The position numbers were made by a program, and so were the translations under genes. The notes below the pieces were generated by a model that had not been told where the DNA came from, searched no databases, and worked only from the letters and a program-made list of their open reading frames with translations. This document shows, in pieces, positions 10,401-19,288 of a stretch of 64,000 nt of DNA; position 1 is the first letter of the stretch, and every line of letters begins with the position of its first letter. The stretch is from Candidatus Omnitrophota bacterium (GTDB lineage Bacteria > Omnitrophota > Gorgyraeia > Duberdicusellales > 4484-171), in contig PMCS01000024.1 of assembly GCA_003154195.1 (NCBI GenBank), positions 28-64,027 on the forward strand, in the 5' to 3' direction.

Positions 10401-12753
10401 AAGAGCTGTTGGTTATTGCCGGGCTGGGAGAAGACGCCACATAAAAATCATCGATTGGCTCAATTTCGCGGGTTTCTGTTGGGAATAGAGTTACTCTGGC
10501 GACCAGGTTGTAGGCCCCGACTGTATGGGTAAGGGACAAGCTAACTTTTTTTTCCTCGCCGTCAACTATAGCGTCAACCCTCTTCGACCAGGCTATATCC
10601 AACCCAACGGGTTTACTTCCCGTACCGGGTATCAACGCGTTAGCAGCATCGGCAACCAATTCGGGCCGCAGCAAATCAACCCCCTTCGCTCTCAATGCTT
10701 CCAAAAGCTGGGCGGGTTTATTTTTGTTTATCGTGAGAGAGTAGCGAGCAGGTGACGTTTGCTTCTCATCGCCCTCGCCGACCGGGCTGGAAATTGCTTC
10801 GACCCCGATATTCTTTACGCGGCCATTCTGGTAAAGCGCTAAAAGAAATGTAATATACGGTTTGCTCGAGAAAGACCTTCCAAGGCTACCATCACTGCTA
10901 TCAATCGATACCCGTAAATCAAACTCTCCCCTGCGAGTTTGCTCACGAGAAACCGCGATAGAGAGATAACCTGTTTTACCAATTTGTGGTGTATAATCAT
11001 CCACCGGGAGCTGGAGAACTCGGGAAATTAATTCTTCCAATTGAAATTCTGCTGAACCATGCAACGACGAAGCATTAGCCCGCCACCATGTAGGCGTTTT
11101 AACCGTACCCCTATCAATCACGTTTACCGTATCGCGATGCGTTTCCGCAAACCCTAAAATCGCTCCTGTCGCGATTTTTCCGACAGCATCGGCCTCAGCC
11201 GGCGCCATGCGTTGCAAAGGGCTGGCGGCGCGCTGATATGCCGCAAGCCAGTCGTTACCACTTGGCTTCGAAGTCTCGACGGTTAACGTGTAGGTATTAG
11301 TATCATAAGTAAGGGTAGTCGTGCCGCTATGTGAACGCAGTATTATTTTTCCGGGAGTATTTTTATCCGCTGACAGAAAAGACCAGGGAGTAATACCGGC
11401 CGCGGACGATTCGCCGTTTCGAATCGAAAAATTGGCCACTGAGCCGCTATCCGATCCATTCGCAATCCATATGCTGATTACTTTTTTGCCTTCCCTGACT
11501 TCCAGCGATACAGGAATCTCAACTTTTAATTTACCGGGATCGGCGGGAATGTCTTTCGCGATATCATCAGGTCCCCTTTGCCGCGCGGCCGGCGCTGTTG
11601 GCAACGGACTCGCGCCTACCCCTGCTACTGCCAAAGTACTCACATTGACCAGCTTGCCGTTGTGGGCTACGCTATCCAGAGAAGAGCTTATGGCCAGCTT
11701 AGTGACCAGGGGGCTGTTGGCGATAAGGGATTCGATACCGCCGGAGAAGTAACGCCGGCGGACTTGGTGTTTGGTAGAAGGGTCCTGTTCTTTTTTAATG
11801 TAGTTATAGATGCCTTTCTTGAAGGCCTGGGTATAGAGAGAATAGATTTTTTCTTTGGCCTGGGGGTCGTTGATGTCTATGCCTTTGATATTCTTCTGGT
11901 TGATGTAGTGCTTATAGAATGATTCTTTGAATTTATCCTTGAACCACTTGGCCAGGATCAGGGAGTAGTAGATCTGGCGTAACGTAGCAAAATTCTTGCC
12001 GGAATTAATATCATCGGTGATTTTTGGTACTACGACTTCGCGCATTACATCCGAAGCCACCTTGTTGGTTTGCCCTGCTTTTTCATCCTTCGTTCCTTTC
12101 TGCAATGCGAGAAAGTCTTGTTCGAGCATTGCCTTAAGCGTAGCCTGGTTTATCACTACGGTGTTCTTGTATTCATAGACCTCTGACTTATCGGGAGTGA
12201 TCCAAATCTTGTTGAAGGTATTTATCGGTAAATTATCGGTTCCCGCTAATTTACCGATTTGAGAGTAAACCGATTGCCAGTAATTCCTTCCGATAGAATT
12301 TTCCGGATGGGTGAGGCTGGAGACTAATTGCTTTAAGATATAGTCCTGGGCTAACATATCTCTCCCTACATCGGTATGTATCGCTTCATTGGTGATTACC
12401 CGGTCTTTTTCATAAACGGATAAGTTGACCCAGAGGTCGTTTTCCGGGATGGTTAATCCTGCTAAAAAATACCTGATCAATTTATCGGCCTCTTCCTTGT
12501 CTACCGTGTCTTTGCTGGCAGTATCGATGATAAATTCTATCTGCAGGGGGTTAGCCGGGTTAAGTTTTAATCCCTTTAATATAGGAAAGGAGTAGGTTGC
12601 TGAGAGATTCAGTAGCTGGGTCGGTTCGGGCAGGGCCATGGCGGCGTGGGCGTAATTCACGCCTACGCTTGTGCCCAGGAACGAAGACAAAACAAGAATG
12701 AAAACGAGTTTCGAAAATAATTTCTGCTGGGGTTTGGCGAGAAAAATAAACAT
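7462..12753 (-). CDS. giant secreted hypothetical protein (1763 aa) with an internal tandem duplication
   Basis: N-terminal signal peptide; no recognisable catalytic motifs; 2 x about 112-aa near-identical repeat (AAKTIYQGLSNAMRYGAWIMRLADLPQEIDVLRIG.NRTLIINRNNLE). Confidence 0.6.
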   Translation of the reverse strand: MFIFLAKPQQKLFSKLVFILVLSSFLGTSVGVNYAHAAMALPEPTQLLNLSATYSFPILKGLKLNPANPLQIEFIIDTASKDTVDKEEADKLIRYFLAGLTIPENDLWVNLSVYEKDRVITNEAIHTDVGRDMLAQDYILKQLVSSLTHPENSIGRNYWQSVYSQIGKLAGTDNLPINTFNKIWITPDKSEVYEYKNTVVINQATLKAMLEQDFLALQKGTKDEKAGQTNKVASDVMREVVVPKITDDINSGKNFATLRQIYYSLILAKWFKDKFKESFYKHYINQKNIKGIDINDPQAKEKIYSLYTQAFKKGIYNYIKKEQDPSTKHQVRRRYFSGGIESLIANSPLVTKLAISSSLDSVAHNGKLVNVSTLAVAGVGASPLPTAPAARQRGPDDIAKDIPADPGKLKVEIPVSLEVREGKKVISIWIANGSDSGSVANFSIRNGESSAAGITPWSFLSADKNTPGKIILRSHSGTTTLTYDTNTYTLTVETSKPSGNDWLAAYQRAASPLQRMAPAEADAVGKIATGAILGFAETHRDTVNVIDRGTVKTPTWWRANASSLHGSAEFQLEELISRVLQLPVDDYTPQIGKTGYLSIAVSREQTRRGEFDLRVSIDSSDGSLGRSFSSKPYITFLLALYQNGRVKNIGVEAISSPVGEGDEKQTSPARYSLTINKNKPAQLLEALRAKGVDLLRPELVADAANALIPGTGSKPVGLDIAWSKRVDAIVDGEEKKVSLSLTHTVGAYNLVARVTLFPTETREIEPIDDFYVASSPSPAITNSSSLREIKDELRAIKTAMRETQGANYDAAGEMVKLLPPIATSRVKKVFISEYALRFALRQDQKDDLLEQTFGRDLIMSLHRGGWTIGVPRHWSDAVPTAFLESNPVTWVMVLGLDQFKEPMFKWLKRLTMNGVVNSDKKDTVTLAAMIIKKLWDSTNASPVNTTSRIDKTDLPSRKKLFENIGAAIQEQIAASGEMIRADGRYSESAIDTIKEAAVSQIVAGIGASSKEEFLANRPDLFKFGIAAALSVGLPRFAFLASGDRITVLESAQDYDTQSLAAYFGQPVDVVLPRGIMPEKALTAGIEMVRRMASEDMATIESEYYKGVPSSFVIMPLGKITALSAGEYATQHRPLVLEFQSRLSLIRRLYQDEARILANAAIFKTVGTTTYQKQLADAIRAIDVWQPSREAREDLASVSSASPVDDIHNLGTGDRATPREILFTTGVAAKRGRSFSGADARRGSPSIVRINEFKYFARFLSVLAEAINALGVGKDLTFARLVSFIRLHRSSFIITDSRDVVYNDEGFRMNSLSDLEPFRQALEARGWSIAVEGELWRINAIGKRVSRSASAGQGKSGIRQLTAGKTKTAAGAASPVHYRDVDVEKDGKTLGVESAIAGEAAKTIYQGLSNAMRYGAWIMRLADLPQEIDVLRIGDNRTLIINRNNLEVLATSKESREVRIDSLSAQYLDAGNWREIVLIVENSRDNQVEYKNVDAQRDGKTLYVEKDISAAAAKTIYQGLSNAMRYGAWIMRLADLPQEIDVLRIGGNRTLIINRNNLEALTAGKESREVRIDSLDAQHLTAGNWQGIINIVEETSAASPAQKLTVLDAIRINDAIHTFLGIIGANGATSVFGPNQEFEEALAGRYEIAVTLKGGVSTFDLVKAQEYIAQLKGEYPGSEITLDASGTQPKFVITAAGSNAGAEKPVEVTSSPGGIKMSGIQVASSPTSQKMEFAAVGPDFFDRLTFRIVSMKQIISLAQFASLP
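7965..8636 (-). repeat. tandem 2 x about 336-bp in-frame duplication inside the giant gene
   Basis: nt 8001-8200 nearly identical to nt 8338-8535. Confidence 0.8.
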
Positions 12754-12916
12754 TGGGTCAATCCTCCGTTATTTGTGAAAATCTTGTTTTTATTGAGCGA
12801 ACAGGCTTGCCGGTATGACAAGGTAGGAAGATATAACATATTTTTGCGGGAAAAACAAGAGCAGACAGAAATTTTTTTGAAAAGGCTTTCAGCTGTGTAT
12901 TCAATTATTTATAAGG

Positions 12917-13063
12917 GTCTAGGGAGAATAAAGTTTGCGGGTAAAAAATCCGGAAAACTATATGACGCGATGAGTAAGAATCGGTGGGGTATGGATTTAT
13001 CCGCGGGTATTTCGATTGTAGCCTTTATTCCCGACAGCGGCTTAATCGTATATAGCATTTCAA
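12917..13063 (-). pseudogene. duplicated 5' fragment of aroA (promoter region plus first about 30 codons), truncated
   Basis: nt 12975-13105 is about 75% identical to nt 7065-7195; minus-strand translation MLYTIKPLSGIKATIEIPADKSIPHRFLL matches the AroA N-terminus MAFIIKPLSGIKTTVTIPPDKSISHRALL and stops after 49 aa. Confidence 0.7.
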
Positions 13064-13377
13064 GTTACTTTACAGGAAGTTAGGAAGTTTGGGGAGGAAA
13101 ATAAGAAGAAAATTTCTCTCGCTAAAGTCGCAAAAAACAATAATATTTTCACATGCAGAGCACGCAGGGTGTTTCATTGCTGTCCAAATTATAGAAACAA
13201 TAAAACATCTCACATGTAGAGCTTGTAGGGCATGTAGAAAAAAGCATACAAACCCTTTATCTATTTTCTACATTTTCTACATGTCCTACATGTAAAATTT
13301 ATTTTAATCTTCGATTTCTTTAGTTATTTTTGTGCGTGTTGTTGGGGAAAATGTTTGTTTTTATCTGCTTTCTGCTA

Positions 13378-14283
13378 TTATTTTATTTTTCCGGCCCGGC
13401 TGGTGAGGAATTTCGTAAATCGTTCCGGGAGGGGTGCCTGGAATTCAAGCCATTTTTCGGTTACGGGGTGGTTTAAGCCTAAGGAGTACGCGTGCAGGAA
13501 TAATTCGTTATATTCGTCTTTTATACCGTATTTTTTATCGCCGATAATCGGACATTCTAAGAATTTCATATGCACCCTGATTTGGTGCATCCGGCCGGTA
13601 TGGATGTTAATTCCGATATAGGTAGAATCACTGAAATAGTTAAGGACGCGGGCGGTAGTCAACGCGTTCTTGGAATTCAGGAAGCTTATCTTCATCCTAA
13701 GCCGGTTTTTTTCATCGCGGGCTACGGGCATGTCGATTGTTATCTCGTCTTTGGCGATTTTTCCCCAGACAATCGCCCGGTATTCTTTTTTAATCAGGCG
13801 GCGGCGGAATTGGCCGGTAAGATGCAGGTAGGCTCTATTGGTTTTAGCGATTACCATTACTCCGCTGGTTTCCCGGTCCAGGCGATGGACTATCCCCGGC
13901 CGCAGGGGATTGATCGGAGCAAGTTCTTTTTTCATATAAACCAGGGCGTTTACCAGGGTATCGGTCGCGCCGGCCTGGGGCGGATGAGTTGTTATCCCCT
14001 GTGGCTTGTCGATAATCAGTATATCTTCGTCTTCGTAGATAATCGGGATATCGTATTCGAACGGCGGGAGCTCGATCGCCGCCGGTTCGGGTATGTCGAC
14101 GGTTATGGACGAACCGGCGTGGAGACGAAAACTGGCTTTTTTATCTTTGCCGTCTACTTTAACTTTTCCTTCAACGATAAGACGGCTGATTCTTGTCCGC
14201 GAGACCGAATCGAGCGCAGCGCTTAAAAATTGGTCGAGGCGTTTTTTATCGCCTTCGGGAGGGACTCTGATAGTTTGAAGCAT
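13378..14283 (-). CDS. rluD: 23S rRNA pseudouridine synthase, RluA/RluD family
   Basis: N-terminal S4-like region (RLDQFLS); catalytic motif HRLDRETSGVMVIAKT. Confidence 0.8.
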   Translation of the reverse strand: MLQTIRVPPEGDKKRLDQFLSAALDSVSRTRISRLIVEGKVKVDGKDKKASFRLHAGSSITVDIPEPAAIELPPFEYDIPIIYEDEDILIIDKPQGITTHPPQAGATDTLVNALVYMKKELAPINPLRPGIVHRLDRETSGVMVIAKTNRAYLHLTGQFRRRLIKKEYRAIVWGKIAKDEITIDMPVARDEKNRLRMKISFLNSKNALTTARVLNYFSDSTYIGINIHTGRMHQIRVHMKFLECPIIGDKKYGIKDEYNELFLHAYSLGLNHPVTEKWLEFQAPLPERFTKFLTSRAGKIK

Positions 14284-14406
14284 GGCAAGTTGGTTTGGTC
14301 CACAGATTTCTCAGATTTATCGGATTGAAGATTGGATAGATTAATGCAATATTTTAAAAAAATTAATCTTTTTTTTGAATCCGCAGAAATCTGCGTAATC
14401 TGTGGA

Positions 14407-14934
14407 CTAATTGTTTTTTGTTTTTTTAAAGGAATCTATCAGCAGCAATCCTGTTCCGGTGGTAATGCACGAATCCGAAATATTAAACACCGGCCAGACG
14501 CGGAAATCGAAATAATCCACGACGTATCCTAAGGTTATCCGGTCGCATAGGTTGGATATTGCGCCGCCCAGGATCAGGCCGCAGGATACCATAAAAAGGG
14601 CATCGCGCCGCTTTTCGCTTTTCAGGAATAGTAGAAAAAGCAAAATAAAGATAACACCGGTATAAATTAAAAAGTTGGTTTTTCCCGATAGGAGGCTGAA
14701 GGCGGCGCCTTTGTTAAAAACTACGGTTATGTGGAAAATATTTTTTATTACCGGGGTAGAGGTAAACGCGAAGTATTCACGCAGGTAGGTTTTGACAACG
14801 AAGTCTACGACAAAGACAATCGCTGCCGTAAAGAATACCGTTCTATTATTTTTTGCTTTGCTAATTGAACAAAATGAGCTTGCCTCATTTTGTTCAATTA
14901 GACTTTGTTTTCTTTCTCTATCTCTTCCTGGCAT
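14407..14934 (-). CDS. lspA: lipoprotein signal peptidase (signal peptidase II); start codon uncertain
   Basis: NKGAAFS and FNISD/VDYFDF motifs match the LspA family; four TM segments. Confidence 0.75.
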   Translation of the reverse strand: MPGRDRERKQSLIEQNEASSFCSISKAKNNRTVFFTAAIVFVVDFVVKTYLREYFAFTSTPVIKNIFHITVVFNKGAAFSLLSGKTNFLIYTGVIFILLFLLFLKSEKRRDALFMVSCGLILGGAISNLCDRITLGYVVDYFDFRVWPVFNISDSCITTGTGLLLIDSFKKTKNN

Positions 14935-15290
14935 TTTTTGCAGTATTGCACGTAAGGGATGGCATTAAGCCTGGTTGCGTTAATAATTTTTTCGCATTTG
15001 TGGCATATACCGTATTCTTTATCTTCGATGCGTTTCAGCGCTTCTTCTATCTCCAGAAGCATCTTCCTTTCGTCAGATACGATGCCGATATTGAATTCTC
15101 TTTCGTAATTATCGGTAGCGACGTCCGCCATGTGGATGCTGTAGCCGGACATATCTCCGGACATATCTTTCTGTGATTTCATCAGCGTATCCTCAGATAT
15201 GTCTTTTATCTGCTCAAGCATCTCTTCCTTGAGGTTGAGCAATTTTTCTTTATATTCTTTTAGTTTTTTTCTATCCAGACCTTTTTTCAT
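14898..15290 (-). CDS. DksA/TraR-family C4 zinc-finger protein
   Basis: C-terminal CHKCEKII...CKKC zinc-finger and coiled-coil N-terminus. Confidence 0.65.
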   Translation of the reverse strand: MKKGLDRKKLKEYKEKLLNLKEEMLEQIKDISEDTLMKSQKDMSGDMSGYSIHMADVATDNYEREFNIGIVSDERKMLLEIEEALKRIEDKEYGICHKCEKIINATRLNAIPYVQYCKKCQEEIEKENKV

Positions 15291-15569
15291 TTTTTTGAGC
15301 CTCCTTTAATGAGCAGACGATTTACAAATTTTGGTAAAAATTTGTAAATCGTAGGGCGAAGCCCGTCTGCGAATTAAACCCCGCCCTTTTGGCGTTATCG
15401 ATAAATTAAAACATTCTTTTTAGCAACCGCTTTAACCCCGCTTTTTTACCTAAACACTCAGCCAAAAGGGCGGGGCAATAAAACTTGGCCCGGTTTACCG
15501 GGACTTAGTTTTATTGATCCGACTACCGATTTTTTCTGCGCCCCTTTAGGACTTAGAAAAATCGAAGTC

Positions 15570-18326
15570 TCATTTGACCTCCCTTAAAGCGTCGCTGCAT
15601 CGTTTGCAGACGCCGACAAACTCCTTATCGCGGTCAATATCGTTTTTCCAATTCCAGCAGCGCAGGCATTTTTGCCCCCGCGCTTTTTCTATTCTGATTG
15701 AGGGTTCCCCTTCTTCAATGGTTACCCCGGAAACAATAAATACTTCCCTTAAGGCATCGGCGCAATTCTTATAAAAATCCAGCGGCGCGCCATTAAACTT
15801 TAAAAATACTTCCGCTTCAAGAGAACTTCCGATAACCGCTTTTTCCCGCTGATTTTCTATTTCTTTTAGTACCGGCGGCCGCAATTCGAATATTTTTTTC
15901 CATCGTTCGATTACGCTGTTATCAATCCAGTCCTTCCGGTAATCTTCGTCAATCGTGGTCTTAAAAATCGAATCTTTTTTATTCTTTAAATTATCCCACG
16001 CTAAATACCCTTCTTCGCTCGTGTAGGATAATATCGGCGCCGAAAGTTTCAGAAGTATTTTTAATATCTGAAAAAGAACGAACTGGCAGCTTCTTCTTCC
16101 CTGCGAGTTAGGCGAGAAAGTATATAGCCTATCCTTTAAAATGTCAAGATAAAAAGAACTCAAGGAAAGGTTACAGAAGTTAAAAATCGCTTGCCCCGCT
16201 TTGTAAAAACTGAATTCTTCATAGCAGGAATTAACTTCTTCGACCAGCAGCATTGCCTTAGAAAGCATATATTTATCGACATCGCACAGATCTTTATATT
16301 CAAAATTATTTTTTTCGATATCGAAATCATTGATGTTGCCCATGACAAACCGGATGGTGTTGCGGATCTTCCGGTAGATGTCTACCAGTTGCTTGATGAT
16401 GCCGTCGGAGATCTTCACGTCTTCGCTGTAGTCGCTGGACGCTGCCCAGAGGCGTAAAATTTCCGCACCGTAATTTTTGGATATTTCCTGCGGGGCGATG
16501 ACGTTGCCCATCGATTTCGACATCTTGCGGCCTTCGCCGTCGACGACAAATCCATGGGTAAGGATTATTTTAAACGGGGCCCGCTTTTCGATCGCGACCG
16601 ACGGTATCAGCGACACCTGAAACCAGCCGCGGTGCTGGTCGCTTCCTTCTAAATACATATCCGCGGGAAAATTCAGGCCGGGGTTTTGCTTGACCACCGC
16701 TTCAAAGCTCGCTCCCGATTCGAACCATACATCGAGAATATCGAATTCTTTGGCAAATTCTTTTGCCGCGCATTTCGGGCAGGTTAATTCCGGGGGCAGG
16801 AATTCTTTCAAATCAAGAATAAACCACGAGTCCGAACCTCTTTGCTTAAAGATTTCCGAAGCCTTTTCTAAAACGGCGGAATCAAGAGTCACTTCGCCGC
16901 ACTGTTTGCACTTTAGCGCCGGGATAGGTACACCCCATAGCCTCTGGCGCGATAAACACCAGTCCGGCCTGGTCTCCAGCATCCCGGTCATCCGTTCTTT
17001 GCCCGAACCGGGCACCCATTTGACCTTATTCGTTTCCTCTATCGCCAGTTTACGTAAATCCTTATGGTCGATTTTTAGAAACCACTGGAAAGTCGCGCGA
17101 AAGATTATTGGATTTTTACAGCGCCAGCAATGCGGGTAAGAATGCTGTATTTTTTCCGCTTTTATTAGAGCCTGCTTTGCTTGTAAGGTTTCGATGACGG
17201 CGGTATTGGCGTCTTTGATGTTTTTGCCTTTAAATTCTTCCGGCGTGTCAAAAATGCCTTTTTCGTTGACCGGCATAACCATTGGAAGGTCTTTATACTT
17301 ACGCGTCAGCGAAAAGTCTTCTTCGCCGTGCCCCGGCGCGATATGCACGCAGCCCGAACCGTCTTCGTGTGACACAAAGTCACCCAATAAGACTTTACGT
17401 TCGGTATTATCATTTAAGAAAGGGTGTTGCAGGATTACTCCCTCAAGCTCCCGGCCTTCTATTCCTTGTTTGACTACCGAAATATCCCATCCTAATTTTT
17501 CTTTTAACACCGACAGGCGGTCTTCAGCCAAAATAAAACGTTTTTCACCGACCTGCACGATTGCGTATTTTAACGAAGGATTTACCGCGACCGCGACGTT
17601 AGAGATTAATGTCCACGGTGTAGTCGTCCATACTAAAAAATATGTATTTTTAATGTCGGATATTTTATTTTTGGCGTCCAGGACGGCAAAAATAAAATAT
17701 ATTGAATGAGATTCTTTATCGGCATATTCCACTTCCGCTTCGGCTAAGGCCGTTTCGCAGGCCGCGCACCAGTTTACCGGTTTGCGTCCGCGGTAAATAT
17801 AGCCTTCTTTATTAAGCCGCCCCAGCACCTTCATGATCGAATATTCGTATTCCGGATTTAAGGTTAAATAAGGCGCGGCCCAGTCGCCAAAGACGCCCAG
17901 CTTTTCGAATTCTGCGCTTTGCAGCTTGACGTACTTGAGGGCGAATTTTTTCGCCTGCCGCCGGAAATCGACAATTTCCACGTCATGCTTGGTTTTATTC
18001 AGTTCTTTGAACAGCTGATGTTCTACCGGCAGGCCGTGGCAGTCCCATCCGGGAATATAGGGCGTGTAAAACCCGCGCATCGCTTTATATTTGATAATAA
18101 TGTCTTTGAGGATTTTATTCAGGGCGTGGCCGATATGGATCGAGCCGTTGGCATAAGGCGGCCCGTCGTGGAGTAAAAATTGCGGCGCGTCCTTGCGCTC
18201 CGCGAGGAGGCTTTTATAGATATCGATTTGCTTCCAATGGGCCAATATCCTCGGCTCAAGCTGATTGAGGTTGGCTTTCATGGGGAAGTTGGTTTTGGGT
18301 AGATTCAGGGTAGTTTTATATTCCAT
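15570..18326 (-). CDS. ileS: isoleucine--tRNA ligase
   Basis: HIGH (PYANGSIHIGHA) and KMSKS motifs; C-terminal zinc-finger CxxC...CxxC; 918 aa. Confidence 0.9.
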   Translation of the reverse strand: MEYKTTLNLPKTNFPMKANLNQLEPRILAHWKQIDIYKSLLAERKDAPQFLLHDGPPYANGSIHIGHALNKILKDIIIKYKAMRGFYTPYIPGWDCHGLPVEHQLFKELNKTKHDVEIVDFRRQAKKFALKYVKLQSAEFEKLGVFGDWAAPYLTLNPEYEYSIMKVLGRLNKEGYIYRGRKPVNWCAACETALAEAEVEYADKESHSIYFIFAVLDAKNKISDIKNTYFLVWTTTPWTLISNVAVAVNPSLKYAIVQVGEKRFILAEDRLSVLKEKLGWDISVVKQGIEGRELEGVILQHPFLNDNTERKVLLGDFVSHEDGSGCVHIAPGHGEEDFSLTRKYKDLPMVMPVNEKGIFDTPEEFKGKNIKDANTAVIETLQAKQALIKAEKIQHSYPHCWRCKNPIIFRATFQWFLKIDHKDLRKLAIEETNKVKWVPGSGKERMTGMLETRPDWCLSRQRLWGVPIPALKCKQCGEVTLDSAVLEKASEIFKQRGSDSWFILDLKEFLPPELTCPKCAAKEFAKEFDILDVWFESGASFEAVVKQNPGLNFPADMYLEGSDQHRGWFQVSLIPSVAIEKRAPFKIILTHGFVVDGEGRKMSKSMGNVIAPQEISKNYGAEILRLWAASSDYSEDVKISDGIIKQLVDIYRKIRNTIRFVMGNINDFDIEKNNFEYKDLCDVDKYMLSKAMLLVEEVNSCYEEFSFYKAGQAIFNFCNLSLSSFYLDILKDRLYTFSPNSQGRRSCQFVLFQILKILLKLSAPILSYTSEEGYLAWDNLKNKKDSIFKTTIDEDYRKDWIDNSVIERWKKIFELRPPVLKEIENQREKAVIGSSLEAEVFLKFNGAPLDFYKNCADALREVFIVSGVTIEEGEPSIRIEKARGQKCLRCWNWKNDIDRDKEFVGVCKRCSDALREVK

Positions 18327-18385
18327 ATAATTTTTTACTCCGTAAAAAATTATCCGTCATCCGCTTCGCGTGAGTATTTACGGTA

Positions 18386-19288
18386 TCAAAAACAAGTTAG
18401 TTTTTTATATTCGTCAAATCTTTTCTCTATGTCCTTTTTTGTTACTTTCGCCAGCCGGCGCAAACTAAAATCCTCCACGGCAAAAGTTGCCATAATATTG
18501 CCGTAGATGATTGCCCGGCGTAGATTTTCTTCGGTTACCTTGCCGCATTTGGCCAGATACCCGATAAATCCGCCGGCAAAGGTATCGCCCGCGCCGGTAG
18601 GGTCGTAAACTGATTCCAGCAGGTATGCCGGGGCGCAAAATACATGGGCTTTCGAGAATAGCATCGCCCCGTGTTCGCCTTTTTTAACGATCAGCCGCTT
18701 TGCCCCCATTTTAAAGATGGCTCTTACTGCTTTGACCACTCCGGCTTCCCCGGATAATTGTTTGGCTTCTGATTCGTTCAGAAGAAAAATATCGACTTTT
18801 TTGAGCAGTTTGATCAACTCGGCGCGTTTGCTGGAAATCCAATAATTCATCGTATCGCACAGGATAAGTTTAGGTTTATTCACCTGGCTTAAGACTTTAG
18901 TCTGGATCACCGGGTCGATATTGGCTAAAAATAAAAATTCGCTGTCGCGATATTGCGCCGGGATCACCGGGTCGAAACTCGCGAAAACGTTGAGATGCGT
19001 GGCTAAGGTCTTCGGGTCGGCGAAATCCCACCCGTATTCCCCTTCCCAGCGGAAAGTCTTGCCGTTTTTGACGATTTCCATCCCCTTCAGATTAATGCCT
19101 TTAGCCATCAGGAATTCGATATGTTTTTTAGGAAAGTCTTCACCGACTACCGCGACCAGGTTGACCGGCGCGAAATTCGAAGCGCTCGTCGACGAATAAA
19201 CCGCCGACCCGCCGAGGATATCCTTCACTTTGCCGAAAGGCGTTTTTATCGTATCCAGGGCCACCGAACCTACTATCAATACCTTCAT
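18386..19288 (-). CDS. PfkB-family carbohydrate/nucleoside kinase
   Basis: DPTGAGDTFAGGF ribokinase-family motif; ATG at 19288 is preceded by AAGGAG. Confidence 0.7.
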   Translation of the reverse strand: MKVLIVGSVALDTIKTPFGKVKDILGGSAVYSSTSASNFAPVNLVAVVGEDFPKKHIEFLMAKGINLKGMEIVKNGKTFRWEGEYGWDFADPKTLATHLNVFASFDPVIPAQYRDSEFLFLANIDPVIQTKVLSQVNKPKLILCDTMNYWISSKRAELIKLLKKVDIFLLNESEAKQLSGEAGVVKAVRAIFKMGAKRLIVKKGEHGAMLFSKAHVFCAPAYLLESVYDPTGAGDTFAGGFIGYLAKCGKVTEENLRRAIIYGNIMATFAVEDFSLRRLAKVTKKDIEKRFDEYKKLTCF

